Source: Spirochaetia bacterium
GTDB lineage: Bacteria > Spirochaetota > Spirochaetia > WTKD01 > G963693115
Assembly: GCA_965226055.1 (NCBI GenBank)
Contig: CBDDCA010000005.1
Span: 128,001 to 192,000, forward strand
Reading direction: 5' to 3'
Length of the DNA stretch: 64,000 nucleotides
Shown here piece by piece: positions 37,067 to 47,653 of this stretch; the stretch's first letter is position 1; each line of letters begins with the position of its first letter. The translations under genes were made by a program, and so were the position numbers. The notes beneath the pieces are model-generated. The model was not told the DNA's origin. It searched no databases and saw nothing but the letters and a program-made list of their open reading frames with translations.

Positions 37067-38077
37067 CTAATTTTTTCTTTTTTTTAATTGTTCAATATGT
37101 ACTAAATCTTGTAAAATTCCAGAAAAAAGCAGTATATATACTACTATCTGACCTACTATCGGTATAAATACTATAGCACACATTGCAATAAAATACAAAT
37201 CCTTTCTTACAAGAATCTTATACATAAACAGAGAATGCAATACTACAAGACCTCGTATAATATAGAGAAACAATACCACAAACAAAAAGTTACCAAAAAA
37301 TAATGCCATAACAGAAAGCACTATACTACTTGATCCTTGCCATGTAGGAACAACAAAACTATTGATGATCCACAAAGCTCCCCCAATAACTAAAAATGTT
37401 CTCGAAACAAAGTCTCTTTTTATTTTCTCAAACAAATAGGTAAAATAATTATTTGGATGAGCAGTGTAGCGTTTACTGAGAATTGATATTGCAATAAACC
37501 AGTTACTTAAAAACCATATTATCATACTTACCCATGCAAGATTGTTTCTAAAAAAGGAAAATATTTGCTCATAAAATATCTGTATCTGCTCACTATCTGT
37601 TTGAAATATAGCAGCCAGATCTGAAAAAATAGTAGTGTTTTTCACCATACTTTCCATATACGAAAGTACGGGAATAATACAAAAAAATACCACCATAGTA
37701 CTCATAGGTAAGCGAAATTGCCATACTATCTTACTGCTATTTGCATACAGTAAAAGCATAACAAACCATGAGCTTATAAATAAAAACTGATTGATAAACT
37801 GCATAACATCATACTGTACAGAAGATGTGTTTCCATTAAGATTACTATTGGCTGTTATTGAGTACCAAAAAATAACTTCACTTATGAGCAAAATAGCCAC
37901 AGAAAACAAAAAAGAATACAATAAGCATTTCTTAAAAAATACAGCACTATACCGATAATAGACGTATATCAATGGTACCATAAAAAAGAACATAAGGATA
38001 CTTATGTTCAATAATATTGCACTCAAAAAAGCAAATAGAACTACTTTCTTTTGTTGATTCTTTTGTATAGCATTCAT
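37067..38077 (-). CDS. Membrane protein (positional YybS/DUF2232 equivalent)
   Basis: Multiple TM helices; lies between rpsR and rplI. Confidence 0.6.
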   Translation of the reverse strand: MNAIQKNQQKKVVLFAFLSAILLNISILMFFFMVPLIYVYYRYSAVFFKKCLLYSFLFSVAILLISEVIFWYSITANSNLNGNTSSVQYDVMQFINQFLFISSWFVMLLLYANSSKIVWQFRLPMSTMVVFFCIIPVLSYMESMVKNTTIFSDLAAIFQTDSEQIQIFYEQIFSFFRNNLAWVSMIIWFLSNWFIAISILSKRYTAHPNNYFTYLFEKIKRDFVSRTFLVIGGALWIINSFVVPTWQGSSSIVLSVMALFFGNFLFVVLFLYIIRGLVVLHSLFMYKILVRKDLYFIAMCAIVFIPIVGQIVVYILLFSGILQDLVHIEQLKKRKN

Positions 38078-38203
38078 ACAATGCTGCCTCTTTTATATCT
38101 TGTAGTTACCTTAATGCCATACATAATACATATGTATTGAAAACAATATCATAAAGCAATGTAAGGCGTTTACTTATAATACCCTAAAAATACAGAGTAT
38201 ATA

Positions 38204-38761
38204 CTATGCTGAAGGAAGAAGCCCAATATGTCGTGCTCGTTTAATTTCTCTGATAAGCCTTCGTTGATTTTTTGATGAAGTACCAGTAAAGGATGTAGAG
38301 AGTATTTTTCCTTCTTCAGTGATAAAATCTTTTAGTATATGAGGCTTCTTATAATCAATATCGAGCTTTTTAGTTGCAATTTTATCGTATTTACGAAATT
38401 TCTTAAAACGAGGGTCTCTATCTTTTGCAAATTCATTTCTTTTGTCATTAAACCGATGAGGACGATACCCTCCTTCTTTTCTAAAAGAAGATTGCTGTCC
38501 ACTTTCTGACGATCTTGCATACCTATTATTTCTGTCTACAGGGGAAGATTCTTTATTATATGAAGTATTGCTCTGTGTATCAGTAGTACCACTTGTAGAA
38601 AATTCTGTTGTAGCTGCTCCATCCGATTCAGTGCTTGCTTGAGTTTGCATTCCCTGTTGTGTTGTTTCTGCTCCTCCAGTTACTTGATGCTCTACTGTAT
38701 CATTAGCATGTGTAGATACTTGCGTACTTGTATTGTGTTCTTCTCTGGTATCATTATCCAT
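38204..38761 (-). CDS. rpsR: 30S ribosomal protein S18 with a long N-terminal extension
   Basis: C-terminal core IDYKK...FITEEGKIL...TGT...[18 protein letters not shown]. Located downstream of ssb. Confidence 0.95.
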   Translation of the reverse strand: MDNDTREEHNTSTQVSTHANDTVEHQVTGGAETTQQGMQTQASTESDGAATTEFSTSGTTDTQSNTSYNKESSPVDRNNRYARSSESGQQSSFRKEGGYRPHRFNDKRNEFAKDRDPRFKKFRKYDKIATKKLDIDYKKPHILKDFITEEGKILSTSFTGTSSKNQRRLIREIKRARHIGLLPSA

Positions 38762-38848
38762 AATTTCACCTCTTTTTATTATTTATGCTGATCTTTTTAC
38801 TGTTTTTTTATATTGTTCTTTTTTGTTATCCGTTTATTCTCACTATTA

Positions 38849-39301
38849 TTAAAAAGGAATATCATCTTCAAAATTATCTCCTCCACTATCAGAATACCCT
38901 TGCTGTTGATTGGGAGTATATCCCCCTCCTCCCATAGTGGTGGCAGTACCTGTAGGAACTCCTGTATTTCCATTTCGACTCCCTAAAAGCTGTACATTAT
39001 TTGCTATGATTATTACACGACTACGCTTTTGTCCTTCTTGCTCCCATCTATTCTGTCGTAGCTCACCATCCACTGCTATCTGTGTTCCTTTTGTGAGATA
39101 CTGCTGTAATGCTTCTCCTAATCTCCCAAAAAGAGTAACATCAAAATAACTCACTTCATCATTCCATGTGCCATCCTGACTCTTTGCTCTCCGATTTACT
39201 GCTAAGGAAATATTACATACAGTAGTATTAGGAATAGATCGTACCTCACAATCTCTTGTAAGCCTTCCTACTATTGTTATATTATTAATGTCTGCTGCCA
39301 T
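38849..39301 (-). CDS. ssb: Single-stranded DNA-binding protein
   Basis: VGRLTRD, YLTKG and C-terminal DDIPF. Confidence 0.98.
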   Translation of the reverse strand: MAADINNITIVGRLTRDCEVRSIPNTTVCNISLAVNRRAKSQDGTWNDEVSYFDVTLFGRLGEALQQYLTKGTQIAVDGELRQNRWEQEGQKRSRVIIIANNVQLLGSRNGNTGVPTGTATTMGGGGYTPNQQQGYSDSGGDNFEDDIPF

Positions 39302-39330
39302 TCTTATAATCTCTCTATTATGTTTACGTA

Positions 39331-39606
39331 TTATTTATGAATCACTAATATACGTAATAATTGCTTGACATAAGCTACATTTTTTCTTAAACTATATGCT
39401 TTTTCAGGAGACATAAACGCAATAAAATACAAATAACGTGCATGCGTATGCTTTTTTATCTGAAAAGATAACTCTTTTACTCCTAAATCTTCCTCTTGTT
39501 CAATTTTTCCCTCTAGCTCAGCTATTTTACTTTTTACTTCTTGTAACCCCTCACTAAACTCTTCTACTTGAGGAACAAACACACACATTATCTCGTACTT
39601 TCTCAT
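39331..39606 (-). CDS. rpsF: 30S ribosomal protein S6
   Basis: MRKYEIM and DLGVKELSFQIKK motifs; first gene of the rpsF-ssb-rpsR operon. Alternative TTG start at 39618. Confidence 0.93.
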   Translation of the reverse strand: MRKYEIMCVFVPQVEEFSEGLQEVKSKIAELEGKIEQEEDLGVKELSFQIKKHTHARYLYFIAFMSPEKAYSLRKNVAYVKQLLRILVIHK

Positions 39607-39644
39607 ATATGCTACCAATACTCCTTACATTGTACTTACTTATT

Positions 39645-39673
39645 AGTGTACTACTACTGCCCTAACTTGTCAA
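39645..39673 (-). promoter_or_regulatory. sigma70 promoter of the rpsF operon
   Basis: TTGACA (39673-39668), 17 nt, TACACT (39650-39645). Confidence 0.8.
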
Positions 39674-39712
39674 TAGTATATTGAGGTTCGTGAAAAATTC
39701 TCATATAACACA

Positions 39713-40939
39713 TTACCAACGAAATGCAGTTTCTAAGGCAAACCCAGGAGTTGTTCGTTCACGAATATTTCCTCCTGATTCCTGTGTGTATATAGTAAAA
39801 GCAATATCGACATACCATATATCAAAGCCCATCCCAAATGTAGGACCTCCCTTATTAGCTCCTACTTGCATGGTAATAAATGGCTTTAATATTTCAAACT
39901 CTACGCCTGTATGAATACGGCTTACAAAATCTGGCTTCCTACTCGATTCAAGATACGAAAGATAAAAAGGGTCGGTAAACTGTAAATAGACAGTAACATC
40001 AAAATACTGCTCCAACCATATAAGATTAGCAGCGGTCATGTTATATGCAATTCCCAAATTTACATAGAGAGGCAATACATAATAATCACTGGGGCTTTTA
40101 GTAGTAGCTTTTCCTGAAAAATAGTCCGCTGTTTTCGCTTCTGTATATACAATAGGAGTAAATATATTATGTATATCTGCTCCAAAAGTAACTCCCATCC
40201 ATTCAAGTTGTAATCCTGCATCATGCCCTATAGCAAAGCCATGCAATCCAGTAAATGCATCAAATGCTTGTGCAATATCTCCACTGTTTAAGATAGCAAC
40301 ATTTGCTTCTCCTCCTGATAACTCATTATATGTACGAAACAATGGACGAGCAGTTACTCCTAAACGTAAGAGAATATTAGAAAAATGAAATTGATATGCA
40401 TATCCTGCCATAAACTGTAATTGATCAACTAAAATAGCACGAACACTGTAATAAGAATCAGGAGTATATACATCAGTATTAAAAGAATTTATAATACCAA
40501 AACCGAAACTTCCCCATCGTTTTTGCGATATATACCCACCACTTATTGGAAAGCCTAATGCTATTCCTGTAGTATTGAGTACTTTTAAGCTAGAACTAAA
40601 ATTTTTTTCAAAAAAATTATCAAATACCTTCTTTACATCTCCAGGATACGGTTCTGTCCAGAATGTAAAAGAAAAAGCTGTTATTTCGCTATCCTTTTCA
40701 AAATGCGTAACATATTTTTTTGCTAATCCAGCAGGATTTGTCCAAAGAGAATGGAAACCAGAGGCCTGTGCAGAAAACCCATTTCCCATTCCCATAATGC
40801 GTGGAACTATGGGTAATACATCTTTATGATATACAGTTTTTGCGTATACCGTACCTTGCACAGACAACATACCCACAAACCATACAGAGAATAATAGTAT
40901 ATACTTATATCGACACTGTTCTTTTTTCATGCTAACCAA
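39713..40939 (-). CDS. FadL/TraF-like outer-membrane beta-barrel protein
   Basis: Signal peptide, hatch-like motif PRIMGMGNGFSA...SLWTNPAGLA, and aromatic C-terminus ETAFRW. Confidence 0.7.
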   Translation of the reverse strand: MVSMKKEQCRYKYILLFSVWFVGMLSVQGTVYAKTVYHKDVLPIVPRIMGMGNGFSAQASGFHSLWTNPAGLAKKYVTHFEKDSEITAFSFTFWTEPYPGDVKKVFDNFFEKNFSSSLKVLNTTGIALGFPISGGYISQKRWGSFGFGIINSFNTDVYTPDSYYSVRAILVDQLQFMAGYAYQFHFSNILLRLGVTARPLFRTYNELSGGEANVAILNSGDIAQAFDAFTGLHGFAIGHDAGLQLEWMGVTFGADIHNIFTPIVYTEAKTADYFSGKATTKSPSDYYVLPLYVNLGIAYNMTAANLIWLEQYFDVTVYLQFTDPFYLSYLESSRKPDFVSRIHTGVEFEILKPFITMQVGANKGGPTFGMGFDIWYVDIAFTIYTQESGGNIRERTTPGFALETAFRW

Positions 40940-40989
40940 CTAATAATCATATAGCTTACATTATATAGTATTATCTTATCATTAGTATA

Positions 40990-42012
40990 CTATATATCCT
41001 CTATTTCTTCTAGAAGAAATTCTAAGCCACATTCTTTCACTACGTCTTCTATGTTGCTTTTACTTCCCACAAGATTATTGTCATATAAAAACCCTTTATT
41101 AAAAATATAATCTTTCACTTTTAATGTTGGTACAACAGTAAGAGAAGAATCAATATGAACAAAATCCTCTACTTTTAAAATGAAAATATCTTTATATTCT
41201 TTCTCATTTGAAAGATATTTAATCAATGTTTCTTTATAATCATCTTTATATTCTACTGGATCTGTATCTGCTATTTCACATGCCGTTTCTGTTTCCCCTA
41301 CTTTACAAACAGGATCTTTTTTTGTTATTGTTCCAGTATCAGATACCTCTATCACTCTATGAAATCGATACAGAAAATCAAATATACTGGACATTATTGC
41401 TACTTCTGCAAAAGCAAACTTTGTTTCTTCAAAACCACTGTTACTAGACGGAAATTCTTCCCCTTTCTTAAATTCTGCCCCTAATAGATTGAGCATGTTT
41501 TGTAACAAAATGGAATAAGAAACAAAATCACTTACATATTGTTTCCCTTTTCCTTTAATATTTTCATATATAGCATCTGCATACTCATTAAGATCAAAAT
41601 CTTCTCCTGTATCTAATAGAGTTTGGTATAAATCAATAAAAAACACAAAACTTATATCTGCTATTTCCGTTGTCCTAAACAATAACTTGATAACATTGAG
41701 ATAATGTAATACTCTATGTTCTCCTTCACTCTCTTCTCCTTCCTTAGTATAGTATTCAATAAGCTCATTGCGTTTTTTTCCATTATATCTAAGATACCGA
41801 GATACATCTCTGTCATCCAATAAAAAGTAAAATTGAGTGCTGTCTGCTTCATCAATACGTTTATTTATATCTTGTGCTACACGAAATATATTTAGATCAT
41901 AACAAGAGCTGAGGAACAAAAACAAAATGTATACCATGAGTAGATACCATAAGTTTCCTTGAAGAGAAAAAAAATTTTTCTGTTGTCTCATAACATACCA
42001 CTCATTACACAA
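40990..42012 (-). CDS. Putative lipoprotein
   Basis: Hydrophobic stretch ending in the lipobox LSSC. Directly upstream of the FadL-like gene. Confidence 0.65.
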   Translation of the reverse strand: MCNEWYVMRQQKNFFSLQGNLWYLLMVYILFLFLSSCYDLNIFRVAQDINKRIDEADSTQFYFLLDDRDVSRYLRYNGKKRNELIEYYTKEGEESEGEHRVLHYLNVIKLLFRTTEIADISFVFFIDLYQTLLDTGEDFDLNEYADAIYENIKGKGKQYVSDFVSYSILLQNMLNLLGAEFKKGEEFPSSNSGFEETKFAFAEVAIMSSIFDFLYRFHRVIEVSDTGTITKKDPVCKVGETETACEIADTDPVEYKDDYKETLIKYLSNEKEYKDIFILKVEDFVHIDSSLTVVPTLKVKDYIFNKGFLYDNNLVGSKSNIEDVVKECGLEFLLEEIEDI

Positions 42013-42041
42013 TACATATATGCCTATTATAGTATAAATTC

Positions 42042-42710
42042 TTAATTTGACAAGAGCTCTACTTGAATTTTCTGTCGGGCTAATCGATTACTTGGATCTA
42101 ATTGTAGTACTTTTCTATATAATGCTATTGCTTCTTCTTTTTCATTCTTTTGTTCTTTTATCGTAGCAAATAGAAGCAGCCACTCTACATTGTTAGGTCT
42201 ATAAGATACTGCTGCTGCCATAGAAATATCAGCCTTGAACAATTTACCTTCTTGTAAGTATATTTGTGCAATATAAAAATATATCAAATCGACTACTTCC
42301 TCATTTGGTCCCTTTCTTAGATACTCAGAAAGATACCGAAGAGACTCTTTGTTTTGTTTTAGTGCATAATATGACTCTGCAATCGCTAATATCAATCGTA
42401 AATCATTAGGAGCATACCGATAGCCTTCTTGTGCTATTTGCAGGGCATTCGCCCACTGTCCTAGTCCAATATACGCAATACTTGCAACAACAAACGCAGA
42501 TATGTTGCTTTTATCTGCCTCAATTAAAAGTAATGCAGCATCAATAGCCTCACGATGACGTCCTTGTTTGTATAATGCATATGGAGGCTCTGTTGGTTCT
42601 TGCTGTGCGTATAAAGGAAATAAGAGCAGTACCCATAAAGATACTGCTACCAGTATTCTTTCTATTCTTCTATGAGCCAAAGTTCCTTGTGTTTTTTTTT
42701 GCATACTCAT
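42042..42710 (-). CDS. Exported tetratricopeptide repeat protein
   Basis: Signal peptide plus TPR helices such as AIALYRKVLQLDPSN. Confidence 0.85.
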   Translation of the reverse strand: MSMQKKTQGTLAHRRIERILVAVSLWVLLLFPLYAQQEPTEPPYALYKQGRHREAIDAALLLIEADKSNISAFVVASIAYIGLGQWANALQIAQEGYRYAPNDLRLILAIAESYYALKQNKESLRYLSEYLRKGPNEEVVDLIYFYIAQIYLQEGKLFKADISMAAAVSYRPNNVEWLLLFATIKEQKNEKEEAIALYRKVLQLDPSNRLARQKIQVELLSN

Positions 42711-42798
42711 CTCTCTATATTATTTTGAAAAAATAACAAACTCTGCCTGCTATTTTTATGTGTATAATCATATTTTTTCCCTTAATTGTTACACAATA

Positions 42799-43176
42799 CT
42801 ATTTTTTACTACTGTCTTGCTTGTTATTGGATGGCAACATTTTACAAGTACCATTAAAAATGCCTCCCGATTCAATTTGTAAGAAAGCAACTGTTATTTC
42901 CCCTTTTATTTCACCACCACGCGAAAGATATAACATGTCTTTCGCCTTAAATTTTCCTTCTGTTTTTCCTAAGATAATAAGAATGTCTGCTTCTACATCT
43001 TTGGTAACACTTGCATGATTTGCAATCAATAGAGTGGTAACTTTTATCTTTGAATCTGTAATAACACCTTTGACAAACAGAGATTCATCTGCCTCTATTT
43101 CTCCAGAAAATTCAACATCTTCGCCTAAAACAGTAGCATACTCGCTTTCTTCACGATGCATATTTAATAATGACAT
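42799..43176 (-). CDS. Bactofilin (polymer-forming cytoskeletal protein)
   Basis: TVLGEDVEFSGEI and LQIESGGIFNGTCKM motifs. Start placed at ATG 43176. Confidence 0.9.
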   Translation of the reverse strand: MSLLNMHREESEYATVLGEDVEFSGEIEADESLFVKGVITDSKIKVTTLLIANHASVTKDVEADILIILGKTEGKFKAKDMLYLSRGGEIKGEITVAFLQIESGGIFNGTCKMLPSNNKQDSSKK

Positions 43177-43333
43177 ATGTTTTATTATAGTATAGTTTGC
43201 TCTCTCCAGCAATGCTATTGATGGAAATTCTAATCAGAAGCCGAACAATACAAGAAAAATAAAAAAAAGAACAAATGAGGAAATTTTTTTATGAATATAC
43301 AAAAAAAGCAGAAAAAGTCTTTATTTTTTTCCT

Positions 43334-43834
43334 TTACTGAAGATTTTGAGAAATTCGCTTTTTCCAATTATTATCAGCCTGAGTAATGTAGACATCTTTC
43401 TTTTTTTCCCATTTTCGTTTTACACTAGTACTAAAATTTAAGTATAGTTTTCCTTTATAAACAGTCCATGCTTTCACATCAATAGGAGCTAAATAATCTT
43501 GAGCCATTGCATATGCACAGTAGCCACCGTATTGTGGAACATACTTACTTGGATCTTCCATAAATAACTCTAGGTGTTGCTGAGAACTAAAATACCATGT
43601 CGCTCCTATATATTCACTTTGATATGCTTTTTTTCCTTTTACTGCTTTTTTTTGCGTGAAATATGCAACTGTATCATATCCTTTTATTGCAACAGAGGAT
43701 GCATTTGTAAACACTGGAGGATACTGTTCTTCATTAGCGATACGCTGTACTCCAGCATCAACATGTTCAGAATAGAGAGGTACTATATAAAAAATACTTA
43801 TTATTAATAACAACACTATATATCTATATTTCAT
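43334..43834 (-). CDS. Exported YHS-domain protein
   Basis: AIKGYDTVAYF, WYFSS, KYVPQYGGYCAYAM and GKLYLNF motifs. Confidence 0.9.
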   Translation of the reverse strand: MKYRYIVLLLIISIFYIVPLYSEHVDAGVQRIANEEQYPPVFTNASSVAIKGYDTVAYFTQKKAVKGKKAYQSEYIGATWYFSSQQHLELFMEDPSKYVPQYGGYCAYAMAQDYLAPIDVKAWTVYKGKLYLNFSTSVKRKWEKKKDVYITQADNNWKKRISQNLQ

Positions 43835-43902
43835 TTACTTTCTCCTTTTCATATTTTATATACTATACTACATTTAGAAATAATATGTTTGTACTCATTG
43901 TA

Positions 43903-46110
43903 TCAGTTATCGTATCCCGGTAAAATATAGCCTCCTATATCTTGACCACTACTATTATAAAAATAGCCCGTCAAAATAATAGGAACATATTGTTTAGCAT
44001 TATCGCTACGATATTTACTAGTAAACTCAAGAGTATATTCCCCTACATCAGGAGTAAATATATCATCAATAATTGATGTTTCTGCTCCTTGTAAAATAAA
44101 GGGGTATCGGTAGCTTTTCCCTTTTGTGCGTTCTACCATAGAAGCAAAATAGGTCATAGAAGAAGTAGTAGGCGATGGGGATGCTGTTTCATTTTCTCCT
44201 TGAATAATATTTGGGTTTACCCAAAATAACGAGATATTATTAATAACCAACGCTTTTTCTAAATTTTCCCATACCTCTCTATCATGTAATTCATTCATAC
44301 TTCCAACATATATAATCACTTTATTTCCTTGCTTTAATAATAGCATATTTAAGGCAGTATGCAATGCTTGATATATATTTTTATTTGAAACACTATCAGT
44401 ATCTACTGCTTCAGTAAACTCTTCTACTTTGCTTGCTAATATAGTATTTTCAATGGCTACATAAGGAATAGATTCAGTAGGCTGTACAAGACTAAATATA
44501 ACATTGTTATTATCAGCTTTCGCATTTGCATTTTCACTAATAATAGCAACACTATCTTTTAAGCGTCTTTCTTGTACTGGATCAGATGCATCATTCAGTA
44601 GCCCTGTGACAATAACTATATTAGTAGTTCTTTCTTTTACGGTATTTTCCTGCATATTAAAAGCTAGCACAGGGCTATTTGCTTCTGTAAGAGCTATAGA
44701 AGAAGCAGTGAGACCAGTAATAGATTTATTTGAAGCATTTTTTATAGAAAATACAATACGTATAGTAGGATAATTATTTGTATACACAGAAAGCATATTT
44801 ATATGTAACCCCGTATAAAAATTTGAAATATTTGTAAATATATCTAACTTATTTCTTCCTTGATCGGCAACCCATAATAATCCATTCTTATCTATTGTAG
44901 CACTTATCAATTTAGAAAATTCTGAGTCTTCAAGACGCTCTACTATTTTTCTTTGTTTACTATCAAACTTTATCAGAGAATTTGTTAATGTAAGCATAAG
45001 AGTATCATTGTTAAGAGTTTGTATACTTTCAATGTTTGTATCTGCGGAAATACGTCCTTCAAAAGAAACAGTGCTTACATAATTACCGCTTATATCAAAT
45101 TCAACAAGCGAAGAAGCTGCATCTCCATTACTAGCAACCCACAGTTGATTTCCCTGAACAACAATACCAGTAGGGTTTTCAAGGCCAGAAAAAGAATCAA
45201 TGGGTCGTCCAAAGCGCTGTACTAACATGCCTTCTGGTGAAAATTTAGCTATTTCTGCAGTTCCATATACACTGATAAAAACATTATCAAATATGTCTTT
45301 TGTCATAAACTGTGGACCAATCAGTACATTTTTAGTGATAGCTTCTCCGTTTTGCTCATCATTATGCTGTATAAAAGAGCCTGTATAACTCCCTTCGGTA
45401 TTAAATGCAGATATAGAGTTAGATCCAAACTCTGAAACAATAATAGTACCATTACTGAGCTGTTCTATATCCATAGGTAACTTAAAAGAATCAATATTCT
45501 TTGACAAAAACCGTGATATAACTCCAGTAGGATTAATCAATGCCACAACATTAGATTTGAGTATTGTCAAACCTAATGTGCCATTATCCAATGCCTTAAG
45601 TGTCATTGGTAATAATAACTGCCTGTCAGAAAGGTTTATACTACTTGCTCTACTCAGTCGTGATAATTGTATTGTTGAGACTTGATTTTTTTGAGATTGT
45701 AAAATTTCCAACTTATTTCTTAAGTACGACTGAAAAAACTCTTGAGTAATAAGTTCTCGCCATAACACTTCTGCAATATCTTCGTTCCCATAGGCATAAT
45801 TGGCTTTTGCAAGCCAAAATTTATACATACTTACCGTAGTAGCATCATTATCAGATTGCTCAGTAGCATCATTTTGTGTAAATAAAAGTACTGCATTTCT
45901 AAATGCCAACAACGCCTGTGCAAAATTACCTGCATTATAGAGGTTTACTCCTTGAAAAAATTCGAAACGAGCCTCAGATTGAGCAAAAAACGCATTTAAT
46001 TGATCAGCATTAAATGCTTCTGCAGTCTCGTCTAAAAAAAGAGTATCTTGCTGTGCAAAAATAACGCAAGGAACTATATATAATATCAATACCAGTAGAA
46101 TTTTATACAT
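43903..46110 (-). CDS. Exported protein with TPR, NHL-repeat propeller and vWA-like domains
   Basis: Signal peptide, TPR-like N-terminus, NHL repeats (LENPTGIVV, LWVADQG) and a C-terminal alpha/beta domain. Confidence 0.75.
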   Translation of the reverse strand: MYKILLVLILYIVPCVIFAQQDTLFLDETAEAFNADQLNAFFAQSEARFEFFQGVNLYNAGNFAQALLAFRNAVLLFTQNDATEQSDNDATTVSMYKFWLAKANYAYGNEDIAEVLWRELITQEFFQSYLRNKLEILQSQKNQVSTIQLSRLSRASSINLSDRQLLLPMTLKALDNGTLGLTILKSNVVALINPTGVISRFLSKNIDSFKLPMDIEQLSNGTIIVSEFGSNSISAFNTEGSYTGSFIQHNDEQNGEAITKNVLIGPQFMTKDIFDNVFISVYGTAEIAKFSPEGMLVQRFGRPIDSFSGLENPTGIVVQGNQLWVASNGDAASSLVEFDISGNYVSTVSFEGRISADTNIESIQTLNNDTLMLTLTNSLIKFDSKQRKIVERLEDSEFSKLISATIDKNGLLWVADQGRNKLDIFTNISNFYTGLHINMLSVYTNNYPTIRIVFSIKNASNKSITGLTASSIALTEANSPVLAFNMQENTVKERTTNIVIVTGLLNDASDPVQERRLKDSVAIISENANAKADNNNVIFSLVQPTESIPYVAIENTILASKVEEFTEAVDTDSVSNKNIYQALHTALNMLLLKQGNKVIIYVGSMNELHDREVWENLEKALVINNISLFWVNPNIIQGENETASPSPTTSSMTYFASMVERTKGKSYRYPFILQGAETSIIDDIFTPDVGEYTLEFTSKYRSDNAKQYVPIILTGYFYNSSGQDIGGYILPGYDN

Positions 46111-46121
46111 ACAATAGCTTA

Positions 46122-46790
46122 CTATCTCCTTCCTTGTATAGCAATATTGATATGTTCAAGAATAAGCGGATCTTGAGTCATTTTATATGCATGTTCTAGC
46201 ACTTTTCTTGCATCTTTAAATTTTCCTAATCGACATAATATCAATCCATATGTATCCAAATATGCAGGATTACTAGGCTGTTTAGATATAGCCCGTTGTA
46301 TAAAAGAAAGAGCTACATCTAATTTTACATTATTCTCTGCAAGAATATAGCTCATAGAATTTAAGGCGGTAGTGTTTGAAGAATCTAAATTAAGAGATTT
46401 TTGAATGAAATGCACTGCTTGATTTGTCTTTCCTTGAACATATACAACATGCCCTACCGCAGCATATACTCTTGTAGATTCATATCCCATATTGATTAAA
46501 TCTAAAAACTCAAGCTCTGCCTGACGCAATTTTTTCATTACAGTATAAATATATCCTTTAATCATTTTACACTGATAGGTATAAATAAATCCTAACCTTG
46601 AAGAAAGTACAAAATCAAAAAAATCTAATGCTTTTTTATAAGATTTGAGGTTAGCGTAACAAATTGCCTTATAATAATGAATTTTAGTAGCATTTGTCTT
46701 AATATCATCCTGATTTGCGTGTTTCATGTACTCCAAAGCATTCTCATATAATTTTTTTTGCATGAGTACTCTTACATACACTAAATTCAT
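46122..46790 (-). CDS. Tetratricopeptide repeat protein
   Basis: TALNSMSYILAE and PSNPAYLDTYG TPR motifs. Confidence 0.85.
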   Translation of the reverse strand: MNLVYVRVLMQKKLYENALEYMKHANQDDIKTNATKIHYYKAICYANLKSYKKALDFFDFVLSSRLGFIYTYQCKMIKGYIYTVMKKLRQAELEFLDLINMGYESTRVYAAVGHVVYVQGKTNQAVHFIQKSLNLDSSNTTALNSMSYILAENNVKLDVALSFIQRAISKQPSNPAYLDTYGLILCRLGKFKDARKVLEHAYKMTQDPLILEHINIAIQGRR

Positions 46791-46804
46791 ATGCCCCTCA
46801 AAAT

Positions 46805-47569
46805 TTATTTTATCTTATCTCTGTGTATACTACTTTTAATACTATGAGAAGAAACAGATACAATAGTCATTACACTGTAGCCTTGTGTTGTATAAAACCA
46901 ATCAGTACCTGTTGGAATATCACTATCGTCTATCTTAAAATCTCTGTGTACAATATATTCTTTTGGAAATGTATGTTCATCATGAGATACAGCTTTTAAC
47001 TGAAAATTATTACTATATTTTCTTTTCGATAGTTCTGCTTCTCGTAAATGCAAGGATACAGGCAATGGAATATTCACATTTACATAGGCATTGGTATGTG
47101 TTTCTGCAATATCCACGAGTTTTATCAGCCATGTACTAAGAAAATTATGCCATTGTTCCATATCAATAGTATTGACCTTGTAAGAATCATCAAGTATAGA
47201 CAGTGCAATAGCAGGAATACCTGCAACTGCTGCTTCACGAGCTGCCGCAACAGTACCAGAATACACAATGTCATCTCCAAGGTTTGAGCCTATGTTTGGA
47301 CCAGAAATTACAAGATCAAAACTCTCTTGTAAGTGTAATGCCATTTTCACACAGTCAACAGGATACCCTTCAAGTGAATAAAAATTTTCATGCATTTCAC
47401 GTAAATACACAGAAGAATCAAAAGATAATGCTGAAGAAATAGCACTTTTATTACCATGAGGTGCTATTACGGTAATAACGCTATGAGGAAAAATAGACGG
47501 AAGAAACCGATACAAATCATTGAGTAAAAAACTTGTATAACCGTCATCGTTCGTTAGTAGTATTCTCAA
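46805..47569 (-). CDS. surE: 5'/3'-nucleotidase SurE
   Basis: ILLTNDDG, GYPVDCV and SGPNIGSNLG...YSGTVAAA motifs. TTG start. Confidence 0.95.
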   Translation of the reverse strand: MRILLTNDDGYTSFLLNDLYRFLPSIFPHSVITVIAPHGNKSAISSALSFDSSVYLREMHENFYSLEGYPVDCVKMALHLQESFDLVISGPNIGSNLGDDIVYSGTVAAAREAAVAGIPAIALSILDDSYKVNTIDMEQWHNFLSTWLIKLVDIAETHTNAYVNVNIPLPVSLHLREAELSKRKYSNNFQLKAVSHDEHTFPKEYIVHRDFKIDDSDIPTGTDWFYTTQGYSVMTIVSVSSHSIKSSIHRDKIK

Positions 47570-47653
47570 GTATGTCCCCCCACTTTTATTATATCATATA
47601 TGATTTTCTTTGTTTCATAATAATGTAAAAATTTCATTGCTTATTCTAGTATA

